DNA of 64,000 bases from Pelomyxa schiedti (lineage: Eukaryota; Protista; Evosea), in NCBI GenBank assembly GCA_020536535.1, contig JAHLWZ010000291.1, positions 131,524-195,523 on the forward strand, written 5' to 3'. Below the pieces are notes generated by a model. It was not told the DNA's origin and ran no database searches. It was given only the letters and a program-made list of their open reading frames with translations. This document shows positions 1 through 12,302 of this stretch, one piece after another. The position numbers were made by a program, and so were the translations under genes. Numbering within the stretch: position 1 is the stretch's first letter; each line of letters starts with the position of its first letter.

Positions 1-1735
1 ACCATTGTCAGTTCCAGTGCCAGTGCCAGTGCCAGTTGGTTGAGTTGGTGCCGGGGACGGTGAAGCCGACACAGAAGGGGCGGAGCCCGGGGTGTGCTTG
101 CTCGCGTGGTCGTGGTGGTGGTGGTGGTCCTTGCCGTGGGCGTGGCCGTGCTCCTTGCTGTGGTGGTGGTGGCCGTGGTGGCTGTGGTCGCGGTCCCTCT
201 CGCCGCGCTCGTGGTCGCGGTCGCGGTCCCTGTGCTCGCGGTCGCTGCGGTCGCGGCTGCGGTGCTCGTGGCGCGGGCTGGCACTGCTGCTCGCGGTGGT
301 GGCGATGCTCTCTACGGACGGGTGGTGTCTCCGGCTTTGCACGTCGTTCCAGTTGCGCTCCCCGACTGCCGATGGTGCAGCTCCCTGGAGGGGTATATAA
401 GGACAAGGAAAAGGAAAAAAAAAAGGAAAACGATGTATGTGTGTTGGGAATGAAGGAAGGAAGGAAGGAATGGTTGGGGAATGGAGGGAGGAAGAAAGAA
501 AGAAAGGAAGTATGTATAGGGAGTGGACATACTTTTATCCAAGGGTGGTCGAGGCACTGCTCTGCAGAGAGACGCTTTGTTGGGTCTTTGATAAGTAACT
601 TGGAAACCAAGTCCTTGGCTTTGTTTCCATAAGTTAGAAATATATGCTACTGCTTTGCATTCACTCACCTTCTTCAGATACTACTGGCTTTTCGGGCCAA
701 CGGTATGCCCCAGTGAGAATTCGTTTATAAAGTTCTGCTACATTTTCATGCCAGAACGGGAAGCATCCAGTCAGTCTTATCGAACCATGAGGTTAGAATG
801 TCATTCATAGATGTTCACTCACAGTATATAAATTATGACTCCAATGCTCCACATGTCCACCTGGTGATCATACTCAGTACATTGTAATACCTCCGGAGCT
901 TTGATGAATCAGACAAGCGAAAATTTCTCACAAATTACACTACCTACATACTCTGGACAAGTATTAGAAAGAGCGAAATTGGAGTGAAAATGTACCTGGG
1001 CTGCCACAGCAGGTCCGCATCATAGTATGCTGTGAAAAGATTTTGGATAATCTTCAGGATGTAAGGTGCAGAAGAAACATTAGGCGGTACCCAAAATCGG
1101 CCAGCCTGATGTCTGTTGGACCATTTCCTGTGCAAAGTAGGTTCTGTGGCTAAGGCAAATAAGAAAATGAGTGATGAGTATTGATAATAAACCTTACTAT
1201 CAATGAGAAAAAGGGAGGAGGAAAGAATTAGAATGGAAAAAGGGAATTGTATGAACTAACAGATCTCTGTGAGCTATTCCTTGTTTGTGCAGGTACGAAA
1301 TAGCCTCAACAATCTGTGGGGGTTTTTTTTTAAAAAAAAAGTGTTCAAGGTTCGACAGAGGAAAATGATTTCAAATACCTGCCGAACAACAACACTGGCA
1401 TCTCGTTCTGAGTATTCTCCATGGTTGACAATATGATCAAATACCTCCCCTCCTGTGGCAAGCTCCATTACAATATAAACGTTCTTTGTTTGATCAACAG
1501 AAAGAAAGAAATGGTCACAAAATTACCTTCCTAGTTATAAAGACATCAAACAATTCAAGGATGTTGGGATGGCGGCCAATTTTCTTCATGATTTCAATTT
1601 CTCTCTGGAGCGTTGCTGGTTGTGCAAAGGACAGTGGAACAATTTTGACAGCAAAAAAACCATTTGTCTCCAGAGATTGTGCTCTCTTCACAACTGAAAA
1701 CCCTCCACTATAACCCAACAGGCAGTGTGAATGCA

Positions 1736-1768
<33 letters not shown>

Positions 1769-1921
1769 AAAACAAAAAAACAAAAAAAACGAAATTGTTG
1801 GGCTAAGCACACACTGTCCTAGGGTCTCCAAAGTTCTATATTTTGCCAGGAAATTGGCGTAGCCCTCATCACTCTCGTCGTCCTCAGAAATTTCACCTTC
1901 AGCAAGCGCCTCGGGCTTCAT
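1..1921 (-). CDS. CAMK-group Ser/Thr protein kinase (MLCK-A/CaMK-like), multi-exon, His-rich C-terminal tail; 3' end runs off the window start
   Basis: ATG at 1921. Exons encode G-x-GGFSVV, FAVKIV, HPNILEL, MELATGGEVFDHIV and LIKDPTKRLSAEQCLDHPWIK. The last visible exon (from ~385 down) reads HSHHGHHHHSKEHGHAHGKDHHHHHDH with no stop before base 1. Confidence 0.9.
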
Positions 1922-2320
1922 TTATGACACAGCCTCAAAAGTGTTCGTAGCAAAACGTGGGTGTTGCAATTATGGGACACGCGTCGTCGCCCCCAGTACT
2001 CGCTCCACTTCACTCACAACAGATTCACACCCGACACTAAATAGAATAGACTCAAACCCACAACGACACGACCTGGCCCGCAGTTTTTCAAGCACTTTTT
2101 CCTTGTTTCGCTCGTGAACTTGGGTTTCACGGTTTCCCAAGGGAACCCCGTTGCTTTTTCCAAACAGAGCAGGATTGCTGTTGTTTTTGGTAACGAGACG
2201 GTTTCCTTTTGCTAAAACGTGATCAATAACCTGTAACAGAAAAGAATCTGCTTGTGCAAAAGTTTCCCAAACAGTTCCTTAAGAAACCACACAGGAACAA
2301 TGCATGCTTCAGGTGAGTTT

Positions 2321-4554
2321 TTAGGAAAAGTGCAGCTCAGACACACTGGACACGAAATCGCGTGAGTTGAGCATACAGTTCCCTCCAAGAAGAAACTGTA
2401 TGGGAGTGGCTCCTGGTGGTGGAGGGGTGTTGTTGAGCTCGTGTACAGCAGCAGCCTCGTGGTATGTGGCCCCTCCTAGTATAAACACCACCACGTTGGC
2501 ATATCGGTCCCTTTGTGGGGCGTGTGTCTTGGCAATGAGCCAATCTGTGTCTTTGAACCGCCCTTTCAGTATGGCATCCAGGGTGTAAAACAGCTGAGGT
2601 TGGTGTCGTGTGAAAACACATTGCACGACCTGAGTGGCTTGTAAGTGGGGTTATATGAATGAAACAGGGATACCCGGGGCCGGGCCATGGCAGCTTTTGT
2701 TCGCTGAAGAAAGGAAGTTTTTTCTCGGGGAAAAAGATCACCACCACGGGAGTGATTGCCGCCATACTTCAGCATATGTGGAACAATCTGTACCGCGTTT
2801 GCAAAGATGTCAAGGAAAAGTGACTCACTTTAATTTCCTCAGGTTTGAATTTTTCTTTCATTGCTGTAAGGACTTCATCAAGTTTGCCGTGTTCTTCGTA
2901 CCTGTAACAAGTAAGATCCTGCCGAATACCCCGATTTTGTTGGGTTATACCTTAAGGCATATAGTAGTACAAGTCGGAGGAGGTCATCTTTCTTGTATGG
3001 CCCCCTGAGGCATTCGATAACCCGCTATTTTAATTAAAAATCACCAATTGTGGTAACTGGGTACCTGAAACACATTGCCATGATCCGATTCGCAAACAAT
3101 ATCTTGCTGTAGCTCACTTAGATCGAATAATTGCCTTGCCGAGATTTGGGCAGACAACTCACTAGCAAGAGTTAGATGCTTATTCACGTTTCCACTGAGT
3201 TGTCGAAATTCTGGATATGTTTCAATGAACCTGCTTCTAGTTATAACAAGATTTTTTTCCTTGCAAAAAAACCGCTTTATGTCCTCTGATCATAGTTAAT
3301 GCCAATAAGAAAAGGGATGTGCAACCTAAAGACTGGATATTTTGATTGGTGTTCATGTGGGCCTTATAGTCATCCACGAGGGTCTTAATGGCTTCACATA
3401 GCTCAGCATAGTCAGAAAAAAGGTGTTGACGGAAAAAGTCATCTTGGCATATTGACAAAGTGATTTCCTGTCCTGTGGCAGTCAGGCTGATACTATTGCT
3501 TTAAAAAATAACACCCACCCGGTATTCCTCTTGTACACCAGGCACATGGGCCAAACTGACACGGTTCTTTGTTATGCCAATCAATTCATGCACCATAGCT
3601 TGGTATGTCCACTAAAGGTTTGGTTGGATGCAAGTAGGGATAAAGGTTGTGCTACTGGAAGTATCAAGGGAGTCACAGGGTCATCTTTGCGGTCCATAAC
3701 TAACAAAAGAGTTCCTCGATCACCGAAATTGAAAAAGTCCGCGTGTTGTAAGACTTGGCTCTGTTTGATGATATGTATAAACGGCAATTGACAAGGAAAA
3801 GTACTGCAAGTTCTTGTGCAAATGTGGCAGCAGTGCTGGATGCACTGTGATATTTTCTGTTCGATGTAAGAATGGATTCAAAGTTATTAGTCACACACAT
3901 TACAGGGTGAAGCCTCAGAGATAAGAGGAGGCTTAGTAACTGTTCAGATACTCTGCCAATTTGCCTAATAAACAAATTACTACCATAATGCTAAAGGAAG
4001 ATGAGAATACTGCGGGAGCTGGGGCTCTGCTAAAGATAGCATTCGTGGCACATTGCAGATGAACAGGTAGGGATTTATGGCGTAGTAGTCAGCATAAAAT
4101 TCTTGCACTTCACGAACGAGCTCATATTCATCTGCTTGAGCCAATTCGGCCACTCCTCCAACAATGTTGTTGAAAACTGGGAAGAATTCAGTACTCGGCA
4201 GGAACATTGGGTATTACATATGTGGTATTCCCCGAATTTTGGATCTCTGAGCTCCTCCTTCAAGGCAGCGAAGTTTGCGTCAATCGGCCTCAAAAAGCAC
4301 ACGGCGCGAACGTGGGGAACTGCATCCCTCGTTCGATTTCCCACCCTGTCGAACAAGTAAACTTCCCGCTGCATCAGAACACTCTGCGGCACAACCGACG
4401 ACAACACGCCGGCCGTGTCAGCATCCAACAAAATAGCTTTCATCCCAGACACGCAAGTGGCCATACGAGACACGTAATCGCTCATTACGTCGTGCACGTT
4501 CAGCGACATGACATTCGCCGCAACACTCGCCGTTGTGCTCGTGCTGGTCGCCAT
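2321..4554 (-). CDS. VPS45: Sec1/Munc18-family vacuolar sorting protein Vps45, multi-exon
   Basis: GMKAILLDADT, QREVYLFD, AVCFLRP, ELRDPKFGEYH, LAQADEYELVREVQEFYADY, DRKDDPVTPL, FILGGATYHEA are Vps45-type motifs. Confidence 0.9.
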
Positions 4555-5265
4555 CACCGCCTGGTGTCCTTTTCTTTTTGTTTGTGAGATCTTCAACTTG
4601 TTCACACAATCACCACCCGAAAACCGGTCAGGGAACTGGTGGCAAACTCGGTTCGAATTCGGTAAAAACAGAGTGCGAGCACCCTCAGAGGGTGAAAGAA
4701 CTGAAAGGGCAAGGCAGTTGCACCCTTTGAGATTTTATATCTTGAATTCGGTTTTTCCCTAATCAAAATCAAGCGAATAAGACAGTGGCAATGATCTACG
4801 ACACAAACTCACCCCTATATCGCTCGTTTTTGGCCACGACAGGCCAGGCCCTTAATCTCCCCAAGGACACCGCCCGGTTGGTCCTCCATCTTTTTTATTT
4901 CTCTCTCTACTCACAAACAAACCAAATACTCTGTTACTAATACAAAAAACCACGTGTGCAGGAAACCCAACTTCAAGAAAGAGAAGGACGCGAGGCCACG
5001 TGAGTTGATAGAATAACCACCTGACGTCTCTCACTTACAATCCACTGTCACAATGACCTCTCCGACAACTATGTGATCCTTGGTGTTACCCAACCGTTGG
5101 TTTTAAATGATTGTGCTCTCTCTCGTTTGAGGCAACACCCGTTGCCATTTCCCCAACCAAAAACTGCGAAAAGGAAACGGGTGCGGGATCAACAGAACCA
5201 AAAAAAATAAAGAAAAAACCCACACACCCTCCGGTGTTTGTTTGTTATTTTACGTAAAACGACCC

Positions 5266-7732
5266 ATGGACAACTATGCATTATTGATTAACAGTCTCGT
5301 GGCGTGGGTAGGCGGTGCCTTTTTTTTTTTTTTTTCTCCCTACCTTTTTGCATGCTGGGGTGCACCTTTTTTAAATGATGTTTGTGAAGGTTAGGACATT
5401 TAAAGTTCCCAGAGAGTGCAATACACTCAGGGACTTGTCTGACGGCGTAATATTATATTCCGTGCTTACTCAAATGTACAACATGCACACCAACACAAAA
5501 GCACTCTCCAAGCAACACTTACTTCTTCTGTATCACTTGCCACTCTTTCACATTTACATTCACATTTGCATTGACACCACGTGCGTCGTTGGGGGGAGCA
5601 ATGCACACCACAATTAGTGTTCCCTCGTCAGAATACCTGAGCACGCACAGCTTAATGGAAAACTGAGACCAGGATCAGCCCGTGGGGCCCACCTTAACGC
5701 CGTTTTATCTCTGCTTGATTATTACTACGAGGTCGAACTTTCTATGCCTAATAACGTTCATTTTGAGGAAGCAAAAATACAAATGGTGTGTAATTCTTTG
5801 CAGCCAACATTTTTTTTTTAAAAAAAAATAAACAAAGGGGGACACCCACGAAATAATGAACGTTTTGCAACTCATCATGGGTGTATTAATGGTATGTAAG
5901 AACCGCACTTCGTTGCTTGAACGAGTACAACAAATGGAAATGCACCACCAAGAACAACTGACAATATTCATCGAAAATGTGGAAGCTTTTTTGTTTCTTA
6001 GTTTCTCATCATGAAACTGCAGGCAATGCAACAACACTCATCTGGCCATGGTACAAGTAAAGAACCAGATGAACCACCTCCACCTAACAGTGATATAACT
6101 GATACATTTGAAAGCACGCAGTTTGTGGGTGAGCAAGTTAATGAGGAAATTTGTGAGACTGATTTGGTTAGTGCTTCCATTTTTTTTGCTTCAGCTAATG
6201 CTCTCAGGAAGCAGAAATTGAATCTCTTAATGCTGCTTTAGCCAAATCTGAGGCTGAGAAGGTAAGACAAATCTTAGCAAGGGGCAGGGATTACTAATGT
6301 GTTCACAGGAAATGTTAATGCAAGAAAATGAGCGGCTCCATTACCTGGTGTCCACTCAAGATAACGATGACAAACCAGTCACACAACCTGAACCCGTTGA
6401 CATTCAACCACTTGATCATGGCCCATGGTAGCATTAAGCACTTCCATTTTACTTAATTCACTCATGTTCTACGTAGTTCCGAAACTTCTGTGCAGTCTAA
6501 AGAGCGTATACAACAAATGGAGGCCAAGGTATTCAAACAAAAAAATTAAAAAGTTTAATTGAGCCATCGAAGGTAGAGACTCTTACCTCAGAGCTGGAGC
6601 AAAAAATGGCAGATTACCATACACAGGAGGAGCAGTTATCACTTCTCAGAGAGCAAATGGAAGCACAAGGAGTAAAAATGGCGGAAATGGAAACTCAGAT
6701 AGCAGTAAGTAACCCCAATTACAAACACAGTAAGATAGGCTTAAACTTTATAGACACTCGACAACGACAAAAAATGTCTATGCAGTGAAAATGAGCAACT
6801 GCAAACAAAGTGCCTCTCCCAGGAGAAAGAGGTTCGCAGTTTACAACAGACTTCCGATAGACAAAGATCACAGTTATCTCAATTGCAAGGAATCGTTGCC
6901 GATCACCAACTGCAGCTGGGTAGACTTGAGTTGAATAACTCCCAGTTGACAAAAAAGCTGGCTGCAGCAGAAGGGTAACAAATCCAGTTTGGCAATTTTC
7001 TCACAATGGCCAGAAAACTTGTCAAGCAAGAGGCAAACTACAAATCCATGATAGCAGAACAAGACAGAAAGATGAAAAGTTGACACACGTGTATTTAATC
7101 AGCCTAATTGTTAACAGGATCTGAAGCAATCGAAATACCTATAGTTGCACCGAACTCAACTTCCATTAACCCCGATGGTTCAGTGGAAGCCTTGAAAAAA
7201 GAAAATATGAACCTTCAAGTTGATGTTGCCAAACTTAAGGAAGAACTGAGTACGATGAAAACTCTGAAAGAAGAGGTTGAAGAGCTACGCCAACACAAGG
7301 CGGAGGTATTAAAACTTAAGGAAGAGGTTGAGGACCTCCGAAATAAGAATTTCCAAGCGAAGCAGGTTTTTCCCAGTTACCTAAAACGTTTTGGCTGACT
7401 CCTTAAATTCCCATAAATAGTGGATAAGAAAGCTAAAGCAAGCAAGTCCTCTTCTAAACACCACACATACACCAAGTGCAACAACCGCTAGCGCTTCCAG
7501 CGCTCCAACACCTTTGGTCACTCAACTGCAACAAACCATTGAAGACAGAAACAGAGAAATTGACACGTTACGAGTATGTTCTCATTTTGTTCGCATCAAG
7601 CTACCACTCACCCCATCTGTGCAGAAAGCTATTATTGCTACAGAACAGGAGCTTAACCTTGTTGTAACAGCATTTTACACCATGGCTGCTCATTTGCCAT
7701 TACAAGACTCATCCCCAAGTAATCTTTCCTAG
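5266..7732 (+). CDS. Hook-family protein (N-terminal CH-like Hook domain plus long coiled coil), multi-exon
   Basis: Spliced N-terminus LINSLVAW|VRTFKVPRECNTLRDLSDGVILYSVLTQ, heptad-rich exons (LKEEVEELRQHKAEVLKLKEEVEDLR), and C-terminal EQELNLVVTAFY resembling the Hook EEKLIVSAWY motif. Confidence 0.7.
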
Positions 7733-7890
7733 TGTCTAGTCAGTTCCCAACATCAAGGCCGATACCATGTAATTCCACCATTTGAAATGTAGCAAACAAA
7801 TTAAGAAAAGTGAGAAATCCATGTGTTCACAGGACAAGTTTTTGTTTTTCCAGTTCAACCAGGTGTCCTGGCAAAGGGAAATTCAAAGAA

Positions 7891-9904
7891 CTACAGAACA
7901 AGGGGGTGTTGGTCACCACCAGTCTGTATGTTGCCTTCATTGTTGTAGGGGAGGTAGGTGTCTCCAAGTCCATCTCCGTTGGTGTCAGTTCCAAGATAGT
8001 TATTCCAAAAATTCCCGGCTATTTCCGGTCCTTGTATAATATTTGGTCCTGTGATGGGTGGGTCAATAGCCCACTTGACGGATGTACAGGAAGAATCAGC
8101 TGAGGCTGTTCGGGAGTATTTATCATTGGAATAAATTGCGTTGTTGAATACAGAGCTTGCAGTAGTTGCTATCAAATGGATACCCCAGCCTAGAGCGATG
8201 CCGCTTATCGTGTTGTCACTCACAGTGTAGCCTGCCTTCAGGTTAATTCGGATATGGAGGGAGAAAACCTGTTGATTCAGTGTGGTCATCAGGTAAATTG
8301 AGATAGTAAAACTGAGAAGAGGGAAAGTGATCCAGGCCGTCTGTGTGCAAGTACAGAGCATCTTTCAAGTTTCCTTGAAAGAAATTTCCTTGGATAGAGT
8401 TCCTCTGGCCATGGTCAATTTCAATGCCATTCCTTTTGTTGAACGAGATCTCGTTTCCCTGAGAATATATGAACTGGCCAAAATGGATACGCATGAAATA
8501 CTTCAACAATGGTTCCATCATGAGAGTACCCAAGCCAAAAGCCGTAGTTGGAAGAGGTCGCTTTGTTTTCTATGAAGTGATTTCCTCTTGGAATGTTAGA
8601 AGCTTTCAAACCAGGTCAAAGACTGTACGTTGAGAAAGTGGCCTCAAAGGCGTTTGCTCCAGCACTGGAGCAATCGTTGCCTTGGACTACGTTATTATCG
8701 CTAATCTATCGTAACTGAAACAAGTTAATAAAGTTGCTCGAATACCTCGGGATGCCCCACTCGTTTCCAATGAAAAATCCATCCCCACAATCCGTAGCAC
8801 TGTTTCTTAGGATCTTGTACCAAGTGAACGCTTTCTAAACATATGTGGTATGATATTACCTTATTATCTGAGGAACCTTGAACAAGTAAAATACCAGCAG
8901 AGTCCCCAAGATTACTTCTAGTATTTCTGTCAAAGAAGCTATTCGAGATTGTATTAGTTCTAGATCCGGAAAGATGTATCCCTGCGTATAGTTCATGGAA
9001 GTAAGGAGAGTTGAGTTGTGTACCCCATCCGGTATTATCTGTGGCATTGCAGGAGTCAATTGTGCTCTGAGTGACGGAGTACATATCAAACCTTTCATGT
9101 GATGAGTGCTCCTTCCCACCCCACCAAGTTCCATACCCATTTTCTTGCTGGCAAGCTCTGCATTTGCTTAGATAAGCATTTGTTACATTATTGAAAAAGA
9201 ATCCTAAAATAGGTTGAGAATTTAATAGCTTGTGGTTTGGGTACCGCCGCCTAGATTTGTGTGATCAGCGAGGTTTGGAGAGCAATTAATGTCGAGCCTG
9301 TAAATCGGTGGGATTTGGCAAATTGGAGAAAAGGACTACCAAGGAGGAGAAGAGCCTTGAGACTGATAGAGAGCTTGGGAATAAGGAAAATGAAAACAGT
9401 GAGAAAATTACATTTGGGTCCACCCAATTCGTGGAGGAATCGACTTCGAGAATGGTAACATCAGATGAATCAGTAACAATGACACTGGGATAATCGTTAT
9501 AGTCTTATAACTGGGGTTAGAGCTCACCCATAGAAGTAATTCTGCAAATAGCCAGAGAGAATAGTGACATTTGTTCTCCCAGATATCGAAATGCCCTGGC
9601 TGATTTTATAAGGTGAATAAAAAGTGTTCCTGGGGAAAAACACTTCTGCCAAGAACTTCCTTTCAAAGTTGCATGATTCTGCAACCTCCAGTTAGTTAAC
9701 TTTATCATCCAAATGAATAGAAACCATATCCAAGACCAGGTCATCTCCAGTGATAAAAATTCCATTTGGAAGTGCGTAAGAGCCCTCAGTCAAAACCGTA
9801 CTCGTGCTTATGGACATCCCATCATAAGGAACCACCTGGCACCCAACATACTCCATAAATACAACCGCTGCCACGACAACTCCCAACCACCAATCCCACG
9901 TCAT
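7891..9904 (-). CDS. Secreted right-handed parallel beta-helix protein (NosD/CASH-like), multi-exon
   Basis: Signal peptide MTWDWWLGVVVAAVVFMEYVGC; PbH1-like repeats (GIHLSGSRTNTISNSFF, GILLVQGSSDNK, GIEIDHGQRNSIQGN); C-terminal GNFWNNYLGTDTNGDGLGDT motif. Confidence 0.75.
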
Positions 9905-10142
9905 TCCACTCAAACCCAAAGGCTAGTTGCGAGATCTGTACAAAGAACTGAATGAGGCACAATACGGCTAGTGTCCTCTGAATTGATTTGAAAAAAGCCT
10001 CAATACGCAACGTTCGCCCCCGTTCCCCAATTATTTTTTTTTCCTTTTCGCCGCATTTCGTTGTCATCACTCCCCTGCCATCTGCAAGCTCTTGAGGGCG
10101 TACAAGAAAATAACATAAAAATTAAAAATCGTCAGGGGGGCA

Positions 10143-11891
10143 ATGGCGTGGCTGCGGTGTACTAGTAGACTTGTTCATGTAGTAGTGTGTTTATTCTTTC
10201 TTGCGGCTGTTGCTCTTGATGTGGTGGTGTCACAGTGCTCAGCAGGACCTTGGGCTGTGGAGACTATAATTGGAGACCAACAACCACTGGAACTCTATAA
10301 AAATGGGACTTTAATTTTGGAGTCGAACTACACCAGCCTCTGTAGTGGAAAAGTGTCCACGGGTTTGTTTCGCGATTTACCGCCTTACTCTCGTTCAAAA
10401 CTTTTGTTCCTAATGCAAATCAAAGAGGTGTGGTACAATTTTGTTCCACTAATGGATGGAATTGTAATTTTGGACACTTGCCTGTGTGATTGGGACACTG
10501 TCATTGAGGTTCTCTTGCTCAAACCAGATGGTTTCATGACATGTGGTACAGGCACAGGGTGGGTCATCTTGTGATACAAGATATTGCGTTGGATGGGACG
10601 ACGACAATGAGAACTGCAATAACGGAAATAGACAGTCCTGGTTACAGGTGCCAGTGTACGCCAACTACATATACAACTTCAGACTTCGCCACTACTCTGC
10701 GGGGTACGTTATTGAGGAGGATTATATCTTCCACATCCAGTTCCAGGAGTCCTATTATTGTGAGTCCCACTTCTACAACCTTCTTCTTATCCTCTTATGA
10801 GACTGCCCTTCAAACATCGACTACATCTATGACTATTCTTACAATTGGGGTGACCTCACTATGGCTGACACCCTTGACGATGGTTGTTGGAATACAGGAT
10901 ACTGGACAACCTATGGTATGGGTTGTTTATTAACACTTCCAATGACCATACGACTGCAGGTGACTGGTACTCATACACTCCTGCAAGTTATAGTTCAGCA
11001 CTGTACTTCTGTTCTTCCTACACTATCCAAATTTCAGTTTAGTTTAAATACCGTGCCTCATGAATCTCTCTAAGCATGACTGTAGATCGTTAGCGATTTA
11101 TGTGATTATTACGGAGTTCCTCAGTGCACTGACACATATGAAACGTATGGTCCCTGGTATGATTCCGAATGTGAGTACAGCTTAACCTTGTGGTTCACAT
11201 CCACTGATACCAAGTACATTCTTATAAGCAGGCATGCCAGCTATCATCCCAATCCGTCTAACGTTATTAGCTTTGAGTATGGAATTGATTACACTATTAG
11301 CACATATGACTTGTGGCCTTCCTCTGAGGACTGGAGTGACGATTTTTCAACATGTATTTTTTTTTTTAGTTTTTTGTTAAGTTTTTTTTTTTTCTTCTTC
11401 TTCTTTCTCACAAATCGGCAGTCTGGATGATAACTGGAATAATCTTGGGTGTATTTGCTGTATCGGCCCTCGTTCTAGGTTTTGGTGCTTTCTTATGCCA
11501 TAGGCGAACAATGAGAAGGTTTGTGAAACCATTTAACCAAACTGACATATTTCATCGCTCAGGAACTCCTATGTTACTGTTCCAGTAGCTTCCAGTACAA
11601 CAACTAATACAGGATATGCCCCACCATCCACACCACCTCCGCCAAATTTAACTACTTTCTCACCGGAGTACCCCGCATACCCGGCTCCCCCACCCATCTA
11701 CCCTTCCGAGTACCCGCCTGTTACTGGCTACCCCCCTACATTCACTGGTTACCAGTAAGGCTCACTTCCTCACTTACTTACACTAACAACAAAATAGGGC
11801 TGCACCCTACGTGCCTTCCAACCCATATCCTGAACCAACAGCACCTACTGTGCCACAGCCAGGGCAGCCGCCTTCGTACCAGTCCCTCTAA
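10143..11891 (+). CDS. Type I membrane protein: signal peptide, Cys-containing ectodomain, TM segment, Pro/Tyr-rich cytoplasmic tail; multi-exon
   Basis: Hydrophobic N-terminus; TM ITGIILGVFAVSALVLGFGAFLC at ~11430-11500; tail PEYPAYPAPPPIYPSEYPP...QPPSYQSL*. Confidence 0.65.
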
Positions 11892-12302
11892 TCTGTACTA
11901 CACACGCCGAAATGTAAGATAATACGCACCGGGTGCAACATTTTTCCACGCCGAAAATCTTAATCGGAAAAGAGTGCAAGCAACTGCCACGGCTTGGGCC
12001 CAAGCAATCAATGTGTAGTAGTGGAATCACACTTTGTTTCGTTGTGTCCAAATATAGGCAGAAATCAGAAGTCTTCACTGATCGGAAAGAACAATGAGAG
12101 AGCACTGTACGAAAAACTGGAGCCGAAACCAATAGCAGTTGCACAAAAGGGGCAGTTCTGAAGTCATCTCTGCACAAAACGGTCCGCGAGGAAAACGAAT
12201 TGGAAAAAAAAAGAAATAATAATCCGAAGTTGCGTTTTCGGTTATCTTTTATTTTTACAACGTTAGAGAAGTGAGAAGGCATTTTTGACGCGTCAACGAC
12301 TA

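Noticed and set aside
8-632. Overlapping Gly/Arg-, Trp- and Val-rich ORFs
   Set aside because: Antisense or off-frame shadows of the His-rich kinase tail exon.
1736-1790. Long poly-A/T tracts (also ~11355-11400, 25622-25655, 42103-42121)
   Set aside because: Intronic homopolymers typical of this genome, not retroelement tails.
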